Below the pieces are notes generated by a model, which was given only the letters and a program-made list of their open reading frames with translations, was not told where the DNA came from and searched no databases. DNA of 64,000 nucleotides, taken from NCBI GenBank assembly GCA_964291315.2, contig OZ219750.1:352001-416000 (forward strand), written 5' to 3'. Shown here piece after piece: positions 10,658 through 20,648 of this stretch (positions are counted from its first letter, which is position 1; every line of letters begins with the position of its first letter). Position numbers and translations under genes: made by a program. Source of the DNA: Candidatus Poribacteria bacterium. Its GTDB lineage: Bacteria > Poribacteria > WGA-4E > WGA-3G.

Positions 10658-11470
10658 ATGAAACTTAATATTGCTTTTTCCGGTAAGTTTTGGCTTACAT
10701 GTTTAGTCTTTGTTTTCAGTGTTTGGGGGACCTCTATCGTCTCTGCCGCAATCGATCCCGAGAATGTTGTCGGGTTGTGGCTTTTTGACGAAGGCAAAGG
10801 GAACGTCGCAACCGATGCATCCGAGAACGGATTGGACGGCGAATTCAAAGGGAGTCCGAAGTGGATTGATGATAAATTCGGGAAAGGACTTGAGTTAGAT
10901 GGTAAGTCCGCTTATGTTCAGATTCCGGCGCACGATAACCCGAATGACGCAATCACCGTTTCAATCTGGGTTAAAAGCCTGAGCCCGACTTGGAACGAAA
11001 ACGGCTGGATGGTTGAAAAGAGACCCGCATATATCATTCATCCTAACTCAGGAACCCAAAATGTTTCTTGGCCGGTTTGTAATGGGGGCTGTTGGAATAA
11101 ACCCGGAGAGTGGCGCGACGGCGAAATCGGTCCGGGGGATATTGAAGAGTGGCACATGTACACCACTACTTTTGATAGTGAAAGCGGCGAGTGGTATATC
11201 TATATCGATGGAAAAATGGCGAGCGATATGAAGATCGCCAAAAATCCGCTGGATGCAGACAGCGGCCCCGTCAATATTGGGTTTGACGACTGCTGTGGTG
11301 GTACACGATATGGTTCCGCACTCGTCGATGAAGTCGTCATTTTAGATGTTGCTTTGGAAGAAGCTGACATTCAAGAAATGTATGACCAAGGCCTCTATTT
11401 GTCGGTACTGGCAGTTGAGCCTGCCGACAAGATGACGACGACTTGGTCGAACGTAAAAATTAAGTACTAA
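10658..11470 (+). CDS. secreted LamG-like jellyroll (concanavalin A-like) protein with conserved C-terminal tail
   Basis: Signal peptide; GLWLFDEGKG..ATDAS..G, KFGKGLELDG, TVSIWVK, YIDG, DEV motifs; ends LAVEPADKMTTTWSNVKIKY. Confidence 0.88.
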   Translation: MKLNIAFSGKFWLTCLVFVFSVWGTSIVSAAIDPENVVGLWLFDEGKGNVATDASENGLDGEFKGSPKWIDDKFGKGLELDGKSAYVQIPAHDNPNDAITVSIWVKSLSPTWNENGWMVEKRPAYIIHPNSGTQNVSWPVCNGGCWNKPGEWRDGEIGPGDIEEWHMYTTTFDSESGEWYIYIDGKMASDMKIAKNPLDADSGPVNIGFDDCCGGTRYGSALVDEVVILDVALEEADIQEMYDQGLYLSVLAVEPADKMTTTWSNVKIKY

Positions 11471-11513
11471 AATAGGTCGCAAGTTGTCTAATATTGAAGT
11501 ATTGAAGTTGTGT

Positions 11514-11558
11514 GGCGAACGGGCATCCTCGTAGGGCCCAGTGTGTGGGCCGTTCGCC
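11514..11558. repeat. intergenic inverted repeat/stem-loop
   Basis: GGCGAACGG ... CCGTTCGCC arms with inner GCCCA/TGGGC pairing. Confidence 0.5.
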
Positions 11559-11681
11559 TACATGTGCCGTTGGATACCGCGCCTTATCCTAAGCTTCTGC
11601 TATGGATTCAACACGACCATGAATTGCAGATTTGCTGTACACAATACGGTGTGGTGTAAAAAGTAGGTAACGGAGGAACAG

Positions 11682-12281
11682 ATGTTATTTGACTACGACA
11701 AAGTAGATGGATTTGATGATGAACCACGGGATTTATTGTTAGAGGTAGAAGGGGATCCTGTTAACGTTGACGATGAATTGTTTGAAGATGAAGATTTTCT
11801 TAAAGCAGAACCCGATAGAGTAGATAGAAAAGACGGTGATGGTGATGACAACGATGAGTCCACTTCGGATGACCGAATTGTGCAAATGTGGGGTGGTGAC
11901 AAGTTGAAAGAGGTTGTCTCATCATCTGTGGCTATAGCGGTGCAGCGGAACGCGCTTTTTCAAAGTTATGAACGGAACAACCATGCTTATGCAAATGCTG
12001 TTATAGCCTATTATGAGGAGAAGAATTATCAGCGTGCGATCGAAAAATTTGACGAAGCCATCAAGGATGCGTTCGAACGGACAGTGCACGATCTGACCGA
12101 GGAGCAAGCCGACGAGATCATCGCGAAATCAATGTACTGGCAGGCGGAGGCTTACATCAAAACGCAAGATGTTCCGAAAGCACTTGAGATTTTCAGGTCC
12201 CTCGTTCAAGATTGTCAGGGGCATTATCTTGCGTTGGCTGCACAACGCAGAGTAGACGAGTTGAGTGCTAAGGACTCTTAA
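11682..12281 (+). CDS. TPR-repeat protein with acidic N-terminus
   Basis: YANAVIAYYEEKNYQRAIEKF and SMYWQAEAYIK TPR-like helices; GGAGG RBS. Confidence 0.75.
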   Translation: MLFDYDKVDGFDDEPRDLLLEVEGDPVNVDDELFEDEDFLKAEPDRVDRKDGDGDDNDESTSDDRIVQMWGGDKLKEVVSSSVAIAVQRNALFQSYERNNHAYANAVIAYYEEKNYQRAIEKFDEAIKDAFERTVHDLTEEQADEIIAKSMYWQAEAYIKTQDVPKALEIFRSLVQDCQGHYLALAAQRRVDELSAKDS

Positions 12282-12346
12282 ACCTTAGCAGGTCTTAGTG
12301 CATCGTTCACAGTCCAACATACAAAGAAAAAGGATTAACGAAATCT

Positions 12347-14197
12347 GTGGATACTTTGAAAAACACACTTAAACAAAAGGCAACTAATTTACGGATACAT
12401 TCTATTGCCTCCACATCGGAGGCGGGTTCGGGGCACCCGACTACATGTCTCTCTGCTGCAGATATTGTCTCTGCGCTCTTTTTTCATGTTATGCGCTATG
12501 ACGTTACCGATGCGCAGAATCCGAATAACGATAGATTCATATTATCCAAGGGACACGCCGCTCCTCTTCTTTATGCCGCTTATGCGGAGGCGGGTATCCT
12601 CCCGGCTGACAGACTACACACGCTGCGGCAAATTGATAGTATTTTGGAAGGGCATCCAACGCCTCGGTTTGAATGGACGGAAGTGGCGACAGGGTCCCTC
12701 GGACAAGGCTTATCTCTTGGACTCGGCATGGCTCTCAACGGCAAATGTTTGGAAGCGTCTGATTACCGCGTTTACGTCCTCCTCGGAGATGGCGAGACTG
12801 CTGAAGGCGGAGTCTGGGAAGCGGCGGCTTTAGCATCCCACTACCAGCTCAATAATTTGATTGGAATCATTGATGTCAACGCCCTTGGGCAAAGCCAGCG
12901 GACTATGTACGCCTTTGATATTGATACGTACTGCCGTCGTTTTGAGGCGTTTGGATGGCAAACGATCGGTATTGATGGACACGATTTTGATGAAATTCTA
13001 CCCGCGTTTGCCAAAGCTAAAGCCTCAGTGGATAGTCCGACAATGATAGTTGCTAAAACCTTTAAGGGCAAAGGAGTTTCATTTCTCGAAAACGCAGACA
13101 ATTGGCATGGAAAGGCAGTTGCTAAAGGCGAGGATCTTGATAAAGCGTTAGCGGAGCTCGGCCCCCTGCGTGCAGATGTTCCGCTTCAGATTCAGTCGCC
13201 TCATCTGATAAGAGTAAAGTCAGACAGTGCGATTCCGACTGAGTGTGAGGCCCCAGACTATTTGCCGGGCGAAGCAGTCGCGACGCGTAGCGGATACGGA
13301 ACTGGACTTGCTAAACTTGGTACTGTGAACCGGAATGTCGTTGCCCTCGACGCTGATACGAAAAACTCTACCTATGCAGAGCAATTTATGGCGCTCCATC
13401 CTGACCGGTACTTTGAGATGTTTATCGCAGAACAGAATTTGGTCGGAGCAGGTATCGGTTTAGCGAAACGTGGGAGAATTCCATTTGTTTCTACATTCGC
13501 TGCGTTTTTATCGCGGGCCTACGATCAGATCCGGATGTCCGCTATCTCCCAGGCCAATATTAAATATGTTGGATCCCACTGTGGAGTGTCAATTGGCGAG
13601 GATGGTCCCTCACAGATGGGTTTAGAGGACATCGCAATGTTCCGGGCAATACCGGGGGCAGCCGTGCTCTATCCGAGTGACGCGGTTTCTGCGGAGCGTC
13701 TGGTTACAGAAGCTGCTGCACACCAAGGCATTGTTTACCTCCGCATATCACGTCCAACAACCCCGATTCTCTATGATGCTAATGAAACTTTTCCGATTGG
13801 CAAGTCTAAGATCCTGCGTAGAAGTGATGCAGACAAAGTGACCGTCATAGCTGCGGGTGTAACCGTTCATGAGACCCTTAAAGCGCATGAAATACTTTCG
13901 AGAGAAGGCGTTGCTATTCGCGTGCTTGACCTCTACTCTATAAAGCCGGTTGACAAAGAAGCATTACAGTCGGCAGCATCTGAGACGAATAATATCTTAA
14001 TCACTGTTGAGGACCATTATCCGGAGGGCGGGCTGGGAGATGCGGTGTTGGATGCTGTCGCCTCTGACGGTGTTTGTGTCCATAAGCTTGCGGTTACAGG
14101 AATACCACGCTCCGGAAAACCTGAGGAACTCTTGGAACGCCACGGTATTAGTGCAAACGCTATTGTGCAGAAGGTAAAACAGATCTGCTCACTATAG
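12347..14197 (+). CDS. tkt: transketolase (single-chain, ~620-aa type)
   Basis: SGHPT, DRFILSKGHAAP, ATGSLGQG, TPP motif GDGE..EG, GEDGPSQMG, TVEDHY. Confidence 0.96.
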   Translation: MDTLKNTLKQKATNLRIHSIASTSEAGSGHPTTCLSAADIVSALFFHVMRYDVTDAQNPNNDRFILSKGHAAPLLYAAYAEAGILPADRLHTLRQIDSILEGHPTPRFEWTEVATGSLGQGLSLGLGMALNGKCLEASDYRVYVLLGDGETAEGGVWEAAALASHYQLNNLIGIIDVNALGQSQRTMYAFDIDTYCRRFEAFGWQTIGIDGHDFDEILPAFAKAKASVDSPTMIVAKTFKGKGVSFLENADNWHGKAVAKGEDLDKALAELGPLRADVPLQIQSPHLIRVKSDSAIPTECEAPDYLPGEAVATRSGYGTGLAKLGTVNRNVVALDADTKNSTYAEQFMALHPDRYFEMFIAEQNLVGAGIGLAKRGRIPFVSTFAAFLSRAYDQIRMSAISQANIKYVGSHCGVSIGEDGPSQMGLEDIAMFRAIPGAAVLYPSDAVSAERLVTEAAAHQGIVYLRISRPTTPILYDANETFPIGKSKILRRSDADKVTVIAAGVTVHETLKAHEILSREGVAIRVLDLYSIKPVDKEALQSAASETNNILITVEDHYPEGGLGDAVLDAVASDGVCVHKLAVTGIPRSGKPEELLERHGISANAIVQKVKQICSL

Positions 14198-14239
14198 CAA
14201 CAAACAGGCGACTATAAACGCGGTTGGAGATCGCGATGA

Positions 14240-14614
14240 GTGTGTATCTATATGCGGAACACAATTGTTTGGATTGTGGTCTTAGGGAGCATCCTGCTTG
14301 TAGGCATCGGGATGATTTACGCGCTACGAGTTTCACGTATCGCCCCCAAAACTTATCCAGCTGATAAGGGCCCTAACTTCATTGATGTTACCGACTATCC
14401 GCCTAAAATGCAAGAGTCTTACGAGCTCTTTACCCGTAAGTGTAGTCGGTGCCATACTGTTGCGCGTCCAATTAACGCCAGATTTGCATCAGAAGAATGG
14501 CGGAAATATGTATATAAAATGATGAAGAAGCCAGGATCAGGGCTTACACTGAAAACAGCTGATCGGATAATTGAGTTCCTTGTCTACGATTCACAAAATA
14601 GAGAAAAGAAATGA
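14240..14614 (+). CDS. membrane-anchored monoheme cytochrome c
   Basis: N-terminal TM helix, CSRCH heme motif, distal Met (KMMKKPG); start may be 14252. Confidence 0.8.
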   Translation: MCIYMRNTIVWIVVLGSILLVGIGMIYALRVSRIAPKTYPADKGPNFIDVTDYPPKMQESYELFTRKCSRCHTVARPINARFASEEWRKYVYKMMKKPGSGLTLKTADRIIEFLVYDSQNREKK

Positions 14615-15750
14615 ACATTGCAACATGGAATTACAAAAATCGTTATGCCCTGATGTTTTTAACGTTTACAGTATTGTTCTGCGGGATAGGCTTGCAAATG
14701 GGGAACACCCAAGAGGATGCTATGAAACGCGCCGGTTTTCAGATGTCAATAGATAGTCAGCTTGTGTTATTTACTGCCCCTCCTGTCTTAAAAGAGGGGG
14801 TCTGGTTAGTACCTTTAGAGCGTTTTGCGAAGCAGCTTGCGTTAAAAGTAGAGTATTCCGGGGAGAAGGAGATAGTAACTCTCTGCGGCGGGGAGGAGTC
14901 TGAGCGCTGTGTACTGCTTCGATTTCAAGATGGCATTAACGGGGTTTGGGATATTGATGGTATAACTTATGTTCGACCAGCGACCGTTACAGAACCTTTT
15001 GGTTTTGAAATTTACGAATTCTCACTAAACCGGCTGGAGGTTCTCCGGACCTCACACCTCGCTCCAGAGTTTACGCTCCCGGATCTTCAGAATACCGCTA
15101 GGCGTTTGCGAGATTTTCGCGGAAAAAAGACCTTTCTTTATGTTTGGGGTTCTTGGTGAGGGTGTCGTGAGCAGCTGCCAGGCTGGCAGGAATTTTACGC
15201 CAAACACAAGGAGAAGCTAAACCTTGTCTCTATCGCCCTTGATGCACAAGGTGCCTCTGTCGTCCGTCCTTGGCATGATGCAGCGAACGCTGATTTCGTC
15301 ACGCTTGTTGATTCACAGAATATATTCGGCACTCATTATGCCCTCAAAGCTGTTCCGTACGGTGTCATGATTGATGAGGTTGGACGTCTGGTTAAGGCTC
15401 CTTTCAACGTCAATATTAAGGATGAAGCGACCCTTGTTATGCTTGAAAAATGGCTTTCCGACCCGCACTATAATGCAGTACTGCTTCGTAATTCGAAACG
15501 CTCAGATGATTGGGTTGACCAGACTATCAGTGAAGTTGATGCTCGTTTTCAACTCGGCCTTGTCTTGCTCAAAAGCGGAAAAAAACAGGAAGCGATGGAA
15601 GAGTGGCGAAAGGCACTTGCCTTGGATCCGCACAACTGGATTATTCATAAGCAAATTTGGGCGGTTGAGCACCCTGAAAAATTCTATGAAGGAGCTGTGG
15701 ATTATCAGTGGCAGAAGGCGCAGTTGGCTGAAGAAAAAGGTAAGGAGTAA
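14611..15750 (+). CDS. probable selenoprotein: exported ResA/TlpA-like redoxin (W-U-G-C motif) with N-terminal Cu-amine-oxidase-N-like domain and C-terminal TPR
   Basis: ORF 14611..15159 ends APEFTLPDL..RGKKTFLYVWGSW-TGA; the frame continues without stops as GCREQLPGWQEFY..VSIALD..LVDSQN into ORF 15367..15750; SECIS-like hairpin follows the TGA. Confidence 0.85.
15175..15189 (+). promoter_or_regulatory. putative bacterial SECIS hairpin
   Basis: CTGCCA-GGC-TGGCAG, starting 15 nt after the TGA at 15157-15159, with G in the apical loop. Confidence 0.6.
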
Positions 15751-16214
15751 AGAAGGCTTCAGGGGGCGCTCTTCTTTTGGGAAAAGCGATTCCCTGTTAA
15801 GTTGGAATATTTTTGCTGGTTTTGTGCCGGTGTTTTTGAGTTTTGTAGATATTTTGTGTATATGGAAGTATTTTTGTTTTAACCGTTGCTGTTGTGACCC
15901 TAGCGGAAATCAGTAAAACAGAAGCGGCTCTTACAGCGATAATCATTTGGGTATTGAGAGCCTGCATCCATGTTGTTTTCCAAGTTGGAGCTGCTTCTTA
16001 GGAACAGATATGTAAGAGAAGTGTAATTGTTAGGAAGCATCTATAAACCTTAGAATTCGTTGCCCACTCAGCTGGCGACAGGAGAAAACTGCATCTACCG
16101 GATTTCAGCAAACGTCCGGATCGAAACTAATAACTATACTAACTGCTGAATGTGGAGTACAGCAGAACGCCCTGACAGAAACCGATTGCTATATAATGTA
16201 GATGGAGGAAAACG

Positions 16215-19200
16215 ATGAACACAAGAGAAGGGTATGCAGAATTACGAGCAAGAATTTTGAATGCACAACGTGTCTGGAAACGCAGCATCTTCTGGACAGG
16301 GGCTGCTATTGTTTTGACAGGTGTTCTGGCTTTGTTTACCGGTGAAGCTATCGTTGATTGGTTGATGCCGCTCCCAAGTTCTGTGCGCATTGCCTTATTA
16401 ATAATGGGTGTAGGTATTACCGGTTATCTGTTGTATAAATACCTTATTCAGCCGCTCCGGGCGTCGCTCACGCTCCGTGATGTTGCCTTGAATGTTGAAC
16501 AGAACCATCCTAACCTGGAAGATAGATTAGTGAGTGCAATCGAATTCGGAAACCGTGAATCCTCTGATCCGATTGAAACGCATATGCTTCAACGTCTGCT
16601 TGAAGATACCACACAGCTGACGAATGGTATTGATTTCAAAGCGACCATTAATCACAGCCGCACCCGCAAACATGTCGGTATAGCGGCTCTGGTTTTTGTG
16701 GGTTGCTGTGTACTCTCGCTCTTATTTCCGAAAGAGATACATACCAGTCTCCTCCGTATGTTCACGCCTTGGGAGAAAACTGATCCGATTTTGGCAACAA
16801 AGCTCACGGTTGAGCCCGGAAATGCTCGTATCCTCCGCGGCAAGAGTCTGCCTATTCACGTCACTGTTACGGGTAAGTCTACTGAAAAGGTTGTTCTAGC
16901 TTATAAAGATACACGGGAACCGAATGCGACAGCCGAACAACAGATTAATATGCCGCAAAATCCGGACGACAAACGTGGATTTGCTTATGAAATTTTCAAT
17001 ATTACTGCGGATATGGAGTACTATGTCGTTGCGAACGAAGTTGTTTCAGAACGCTACACGGTTGAAGTGTTTGATATGCCGCGGGTGACTGAAATATCTG
17101 TTGATTATACCTATCCAACGTATACCGGTCTAAAGTCTGTTGTGCAAACAGGGACAGGCGATATTCAGGCTGTTGTCGGTACATTGGCGGAACTCAGACT
17201 CGTAACAAATAAAGCGATTCAAACGGCGACATTCATTCTCAAAGGGGACACAGGAGTGGAGAAGCCGGAAACTGAGGCAGCGCAAATGGTTATCTCTGAT
17301 GGCAGAACGCTGACAACAACTGTAGATGTTCTTGAGGATGGGACGTATACTATTGAGCTTCTATGTATTGATGGTTTCAATAACGAGATACCGATTGAAT
17401 ATACTGTTAAGGCTATTCCGGATGCTGTACCTGAAGTGGTAATCAAAGAGCCTGGGCGCGATATCAAATCCACAAAATTGGGCGAAGTGGGAATTACTGC
17501 TGAAGCAACAGATGACTATGGTATTGCGGAGCTAAAACTTATATACCGTGTCGGTGCCGGCGAATTACAAGAAATTGCCCTTAGTTCCAATGAGTCACCT
17601 GTTGGTACGGTTGAAGATGGAGCAATAGGCGGTTCATCTGCGCCACGCTTTGTAGATGGCAGTTATACCTTCTATCTCGAGGAGTTTGATGTAGAACCCG
17701 GGGATGTTATCTCTTACTATGCTCATGCTATGGATAATAATAGACGCACAGGGCCCGGTGAAGCTAGCAGTGACATTTATTTCATTGAGATCCGACCTTT
17801 TAATGAAGATTTTCACGAAGGTGAAGCCGAACAAGCACAGGCTGAACCGAATCCCCTCTTAGAGATCGTTGCTTCTCAGAAGCAGATTATTCGAGAGACT
17901 TGGAAGCATACTAATGCTCAACCTACTCCTAGTGAAGAATATGAGTCGGCTGTCAAGCAAACTGCTAAAAAGCAGTCTGATTTAAAAAATAAGACGCAAA
18001 GGTTTGTAGATGAATTGAGCGTAGCTATACAAACAACTGCGCAAGTCTCGCCTGAGATTTTGATGAACTTAGAGGACGCGGTGGCCAATATGCGGCAGGC
18101 GGTTGATAGCCTGAACGTGCTTCGGCCGTCTGAGGCGATACCTCCGGAACAAAATGCTCTTGAGCTCCTCATCAAAGTCAGCCTTGAGCTTCCTAAAGTG
18201 CTCATGCAGATGCGGGACAGTAATCCGCAAATTGCCGAGGACTTGGAACTTGAAATGGAGGATCTTCAAAGTGAACTTGAGAATCAGCAGAATGAGCTTG
18301 ATATGGAAGTGCAGGAACAAACACAGGAGATGTTAGACCAAGCTCGCCAAATGTTAGGGGAGCAACAGCAGTTGAACCAGCAAAGCCAGCAGTTAGGGCG
18401 TGAAGGTCAACCTTCCCCTAGCGAGATGCAGCAGAATAGTCAACAGCAGGGGCAGTTGTCTCGGCAGGCGCAACAAATGGCACAGCAGCTTGGCACTATG
18501 CAGCAGAATGGGCAGGGGACGCAAGGGGAGCGCCTGCATCAAGCTGGTCAAGCGATGCAACAGGCGGGCCAACAGATGCAGGAAGCCTCGCGAAACATGC
18601 AGCAGGAACAACCGCAACTCAGTGCTGCCAAGGGTCAAAAAGCGGAGGAGGGGCTTGAAGAGGCTATTGAACAGTTGGAGAAGGTCGCTGCGGAATTCAC
18701 AGAGGACGCGCTTGATAGGGCCTCCGAACAACTTCAACGGTTGACAGCGGGGCAGACTGATGTCCAGCAAGAGACACACGAACTCAGGAACCGCTCCCAA
18801 CAAGCGGAAATGCGTCCCGAGAATTTCCAACAAGCGTCTGAACTCGCTAACCAGCAGCGGGAACTTCAGCGAGAGTTGGAAACGCTTCAGCGCGCACTGG
18901 GAAACCTTCAGACGCAACTCCACCAAGAAAACCCGGAAGCAGCCCGAAGTGTATCGGATGCCACAAGACACCTCGCGGAAGAACAGACATTGGAAGATAT
19001 GTCAACTGCGCAACGCGCTTTGCAATGGCGGAGTTTCCGCGCAGCAGATCAGAAACAACAAGAGGTGCTGGATGCTTTAAATCAGGCACAGGCGGATCTC
19101 CAGCAGGCACAAGCCAATATGGCAAACACTGAGGAAGAACAACTCGAAGCTGTGCTTCAGCAACTTCAACAAGCCAGAGAACAGATGGAAGATATCCAAC

Positions 19201-19643
19201 GTGAACTTCAATCGATGGAGGGGCAGGAAGAGACAGAAGAACAGCAGCACCGTCAGCAACGACTTGCAGAACAACAACAACAGATCCAAGAACGGATGCA
19301 ACGGGCACGACAGGCGATGCAAAGGCAAAATAATCAGCAATCTGGGCAAGAGGGTGAAACTGAAGACCGAGAGGCACGCGTTGGAGGTAGGGAATCTGAC
19401 CGGGAAATTGATGAACTCTGGCTCGGTATGCTGGATATGATGGACTACCGCCCTGGGAATCGTTCTAACCCCTTTCCTAACTATGAGTTCGTTATTCGTG
19501 ACTTAAATAGGCTTGAAACCGCTTTTGAAGAACGGCTTGATGCTCTTCAGGAGAAAAAGCGACTCACGCAAGTTACTAAGGAGGATGTTCCACCTGAATA
19601 CCGAAGAATCGTTGATAGCTACTACGAATCTTTATCGCAATAA
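16215..19643 (+). CDS. large membrane-anchored DUF4175-like protein with Ig-like region and Gln-rich coiled coil
   Basis: N-terminal TMs, LEDRLVSA, DDYGI, Q-rich repeats, terminal VPPEYRRIVDSYYESL. Confidence 0.8.
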   Translation: MNTREGYAELRARILNAQRVWKRSIFWTGAAIVLTGVLALFTGEAIVDWLMPLPSSVRIALLIMGVGITGYLLYKYLIQPLRASLTLRDVALNVEQNHPNLEDRLVSAIEFGNRESSDPIETHMLQRLLEDTTQLTNGIDFKATINHSRTRKHVGIAALVFVGCCVLSLLFPKEIHTSLLRMFTPWEKTDPILATKLTVEPGNARILRGKSLPIHVTVTGKSTEKVVLAYKDTREPNATAEQQINMPQNPDDKRGFAYEIFNITADMEYYVVANEVVSERYTVEVFDMPRVTEISVDYTYPTYTGLKSVVQTGTGDIQAVVGTLAELRLVTNKAIQTATFILKGDTGVEKPETEAAQMVISDGRTLTTTVDVLEDGTYTIELLCIDGFNNEIPIEYTVKAIPDAVPEVVIKEPGRDIKSTKLGEVGITAEATDDYGIAELKLIYRVGAGELQEIALSSNESPVGTVEDGAIGGSSAPRFVDGSYTFYLEEFDVEPGDVISYYAHAMDNNRRTGPGEASSDIYFIEIRPFNEDFHEGEAEQAQAEPNPLLEIVASQKQIIRETWKHTNAQPTPSEEYESAVKQTAKKQSDLKNKTQRFVDELSVAIQTTAQVSPEILMNLEDAVANMRQAVDSLNVLRPSEAIPPEQNALELLIKVSLELPKVLMQMRDSNPQIAEDLELEMEDLQSELENQQNELDMEVQEQTQEMLDQARQMLGEQQQLNQQSQQLGREGQPSPSEMQQNSQQQGQLSRQAQQMAQQLGTMQQNGQGTQGERLHQAGQAMQQAGQQMQEASRNMQQEQPQLSAAKGQKAEEGLEEAIEQLEKVAAEFTEDALDRASEQLQRLTAGQTDVQQETHELRNRSQQAEMRPENFQQASELANQQRELQRELETLQRALGNLQTQLHQENPEAARSVSDATRHLAEEQTLEDMSTAQRALQWRSFRAADQKQQEVLDALNQAQADLQQAQANMANTEEEQLEAVLQQLQQAREQMEDIQRELQSMEGQEETEEQQHRQQRLAEQQQQIQERMQRARQAMQRQNNQQSGQEGETEDREARVGGRESDREIDELWLGMLDMMDYRPGNRSNPFPNYEFVIRDLNRLETAFEERLDALQEKKRLTQVTKEDVPPEYRRIVDSYYESLSQ

Positions 19644-19650
19644 TGATTAC

Positions 19651-19745
19651 CGACTGTCGGTTTTTGACCAAAGAGTGTTGTGGCAGGTGAGGACGTTTGC
19701 GATTGCTACATTGGTTACCGACAGTCGACGGCTGAGAGTCGAAAC
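19651..19745. repeat. intergenic palindromic element with heptamer-periodic flank
   Basis: Perfect 11-bp IR CGACTGTCGGT (19651-19661) / ACCGACAGTCG (19717-19727), inner TGTGGCA/TGCTACA pairing. Confidence 0.65.
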
Positions 19746-19754
19746 CTCTAAAAA

Positions 19755-20567
19755 ATGGAATTTAACGTTAAAAATATTGTTATACCGGGTGAATGCGTCA
19801 GTTTGGCGGATTACCCTCCTGAATATACTGGAACTTACGAGAAAAAGGATCAGACGAAAAAAAGGCTCCGAGAATTACATAAGCAGCTTCTGAAACTTCA
19901 GGCACTGCTTTATGCTGAAAACAGGCGTGCGCTTCTCATCATTCTACAGGGCATGGATACGTGTGGTAAAGATGGCACCATTCGGCGGGTAATGGCTGGT
20001 GTTAACGTTCAAGGATGTGATGTCGTTAATTTCAAAGCTCCAAACGCGGATGAGCTTTCTCGGGATTTCTTGTGGCGTGCCCATAAGTCTGTGCCATCGA
20101 AGGGGAAAATTGGCATTTTTAACCGTTCGCATTATGAAGATGTTCTTGTTGTCCGGGTGCATAATCTTGTACCAGAACAGATCTGGTCGCGGCGTTATCA
20201 GCAGATTAACGACTTTGAAAAGATGCTCGTTGAAAATGGAACGATTGTCTTGAAGTTTTTTCTTCACATCTCAAAGGATGAACAGAAAGAGCGCCTGGAA
20301 TCTCGGATTAACGATCCAACGAAGCATTGGAAAGTCGAAGCCTCCGATATTCGAGAACGCGCCTATTGGGAGGATTACATGCGGGCTTACGAAGTGATGC
20401 TCCAAAAATGTAGCACCGATTGGGCACCTTGGTATATAATTCCGGCAAATAAGAAGTGGTATCGGAACCTTGTTATCACAGAATGTATTGTTGATACACT
20501 TAGGAAACTCGACATGACGTATCCTGAACCGGCTATTGATGTTACTACACTCAAGATAGACGACTGA
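19755..20567 (+). CDS. ppk2: polyphosphate kinase 2 family protein (class III-like)
   Basis: LQGMDTCGKDG Walker A, FNRSHYEDVLVVRV, KFFLHISKDEQ, APWYIIPANKKWYRN. Confidence 0.95.
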   Translation: MEFNVKNIVIPGECVSLADYPPEYTGTYEKKDQTKKRLRELHKQLLKLQALLYAENRRALLIILQGMDTCGKDGTIRRVMAGVNVQGCDVVNFKAPNADELSRDFLWRAHKSVPSKGKIGIFNRSHYEDVLVVRVHNLVPEQIWSRRYQQINDFEKMLVENGTIVLKFFLHISKDEQKERLESRINDPTKHWKVEASDIRERAYWEDYMRAYEVMLQKCSTDWAPWYIIPANKKWYRNLVITECIVDTLRKLDMTYPEPAIDVTTLKIDD

Positions 20568-20648
20568 AGGACACTAGACCTGTGGAAGAATGTCCGCGGT
20601 TCCTATTCTGTTTGACCTTCTAACCAACCGCAACACCAGGGAGAAAAT

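Noticed and set aside
14611-15750. Pseudogene or two separate genes
   Set aside because: The TGA falls at the catalytic position, the frame is continuous, and a SECIS-like hairpin follows; selenoprotein fits better
18200-19400. Tandem DNA repeat / antisense ORFs in the Gln-rich region
   Set aside because: Low-complexity CAG/CAA codons of a coiled coil; the opposite-strand ORFs are shadows
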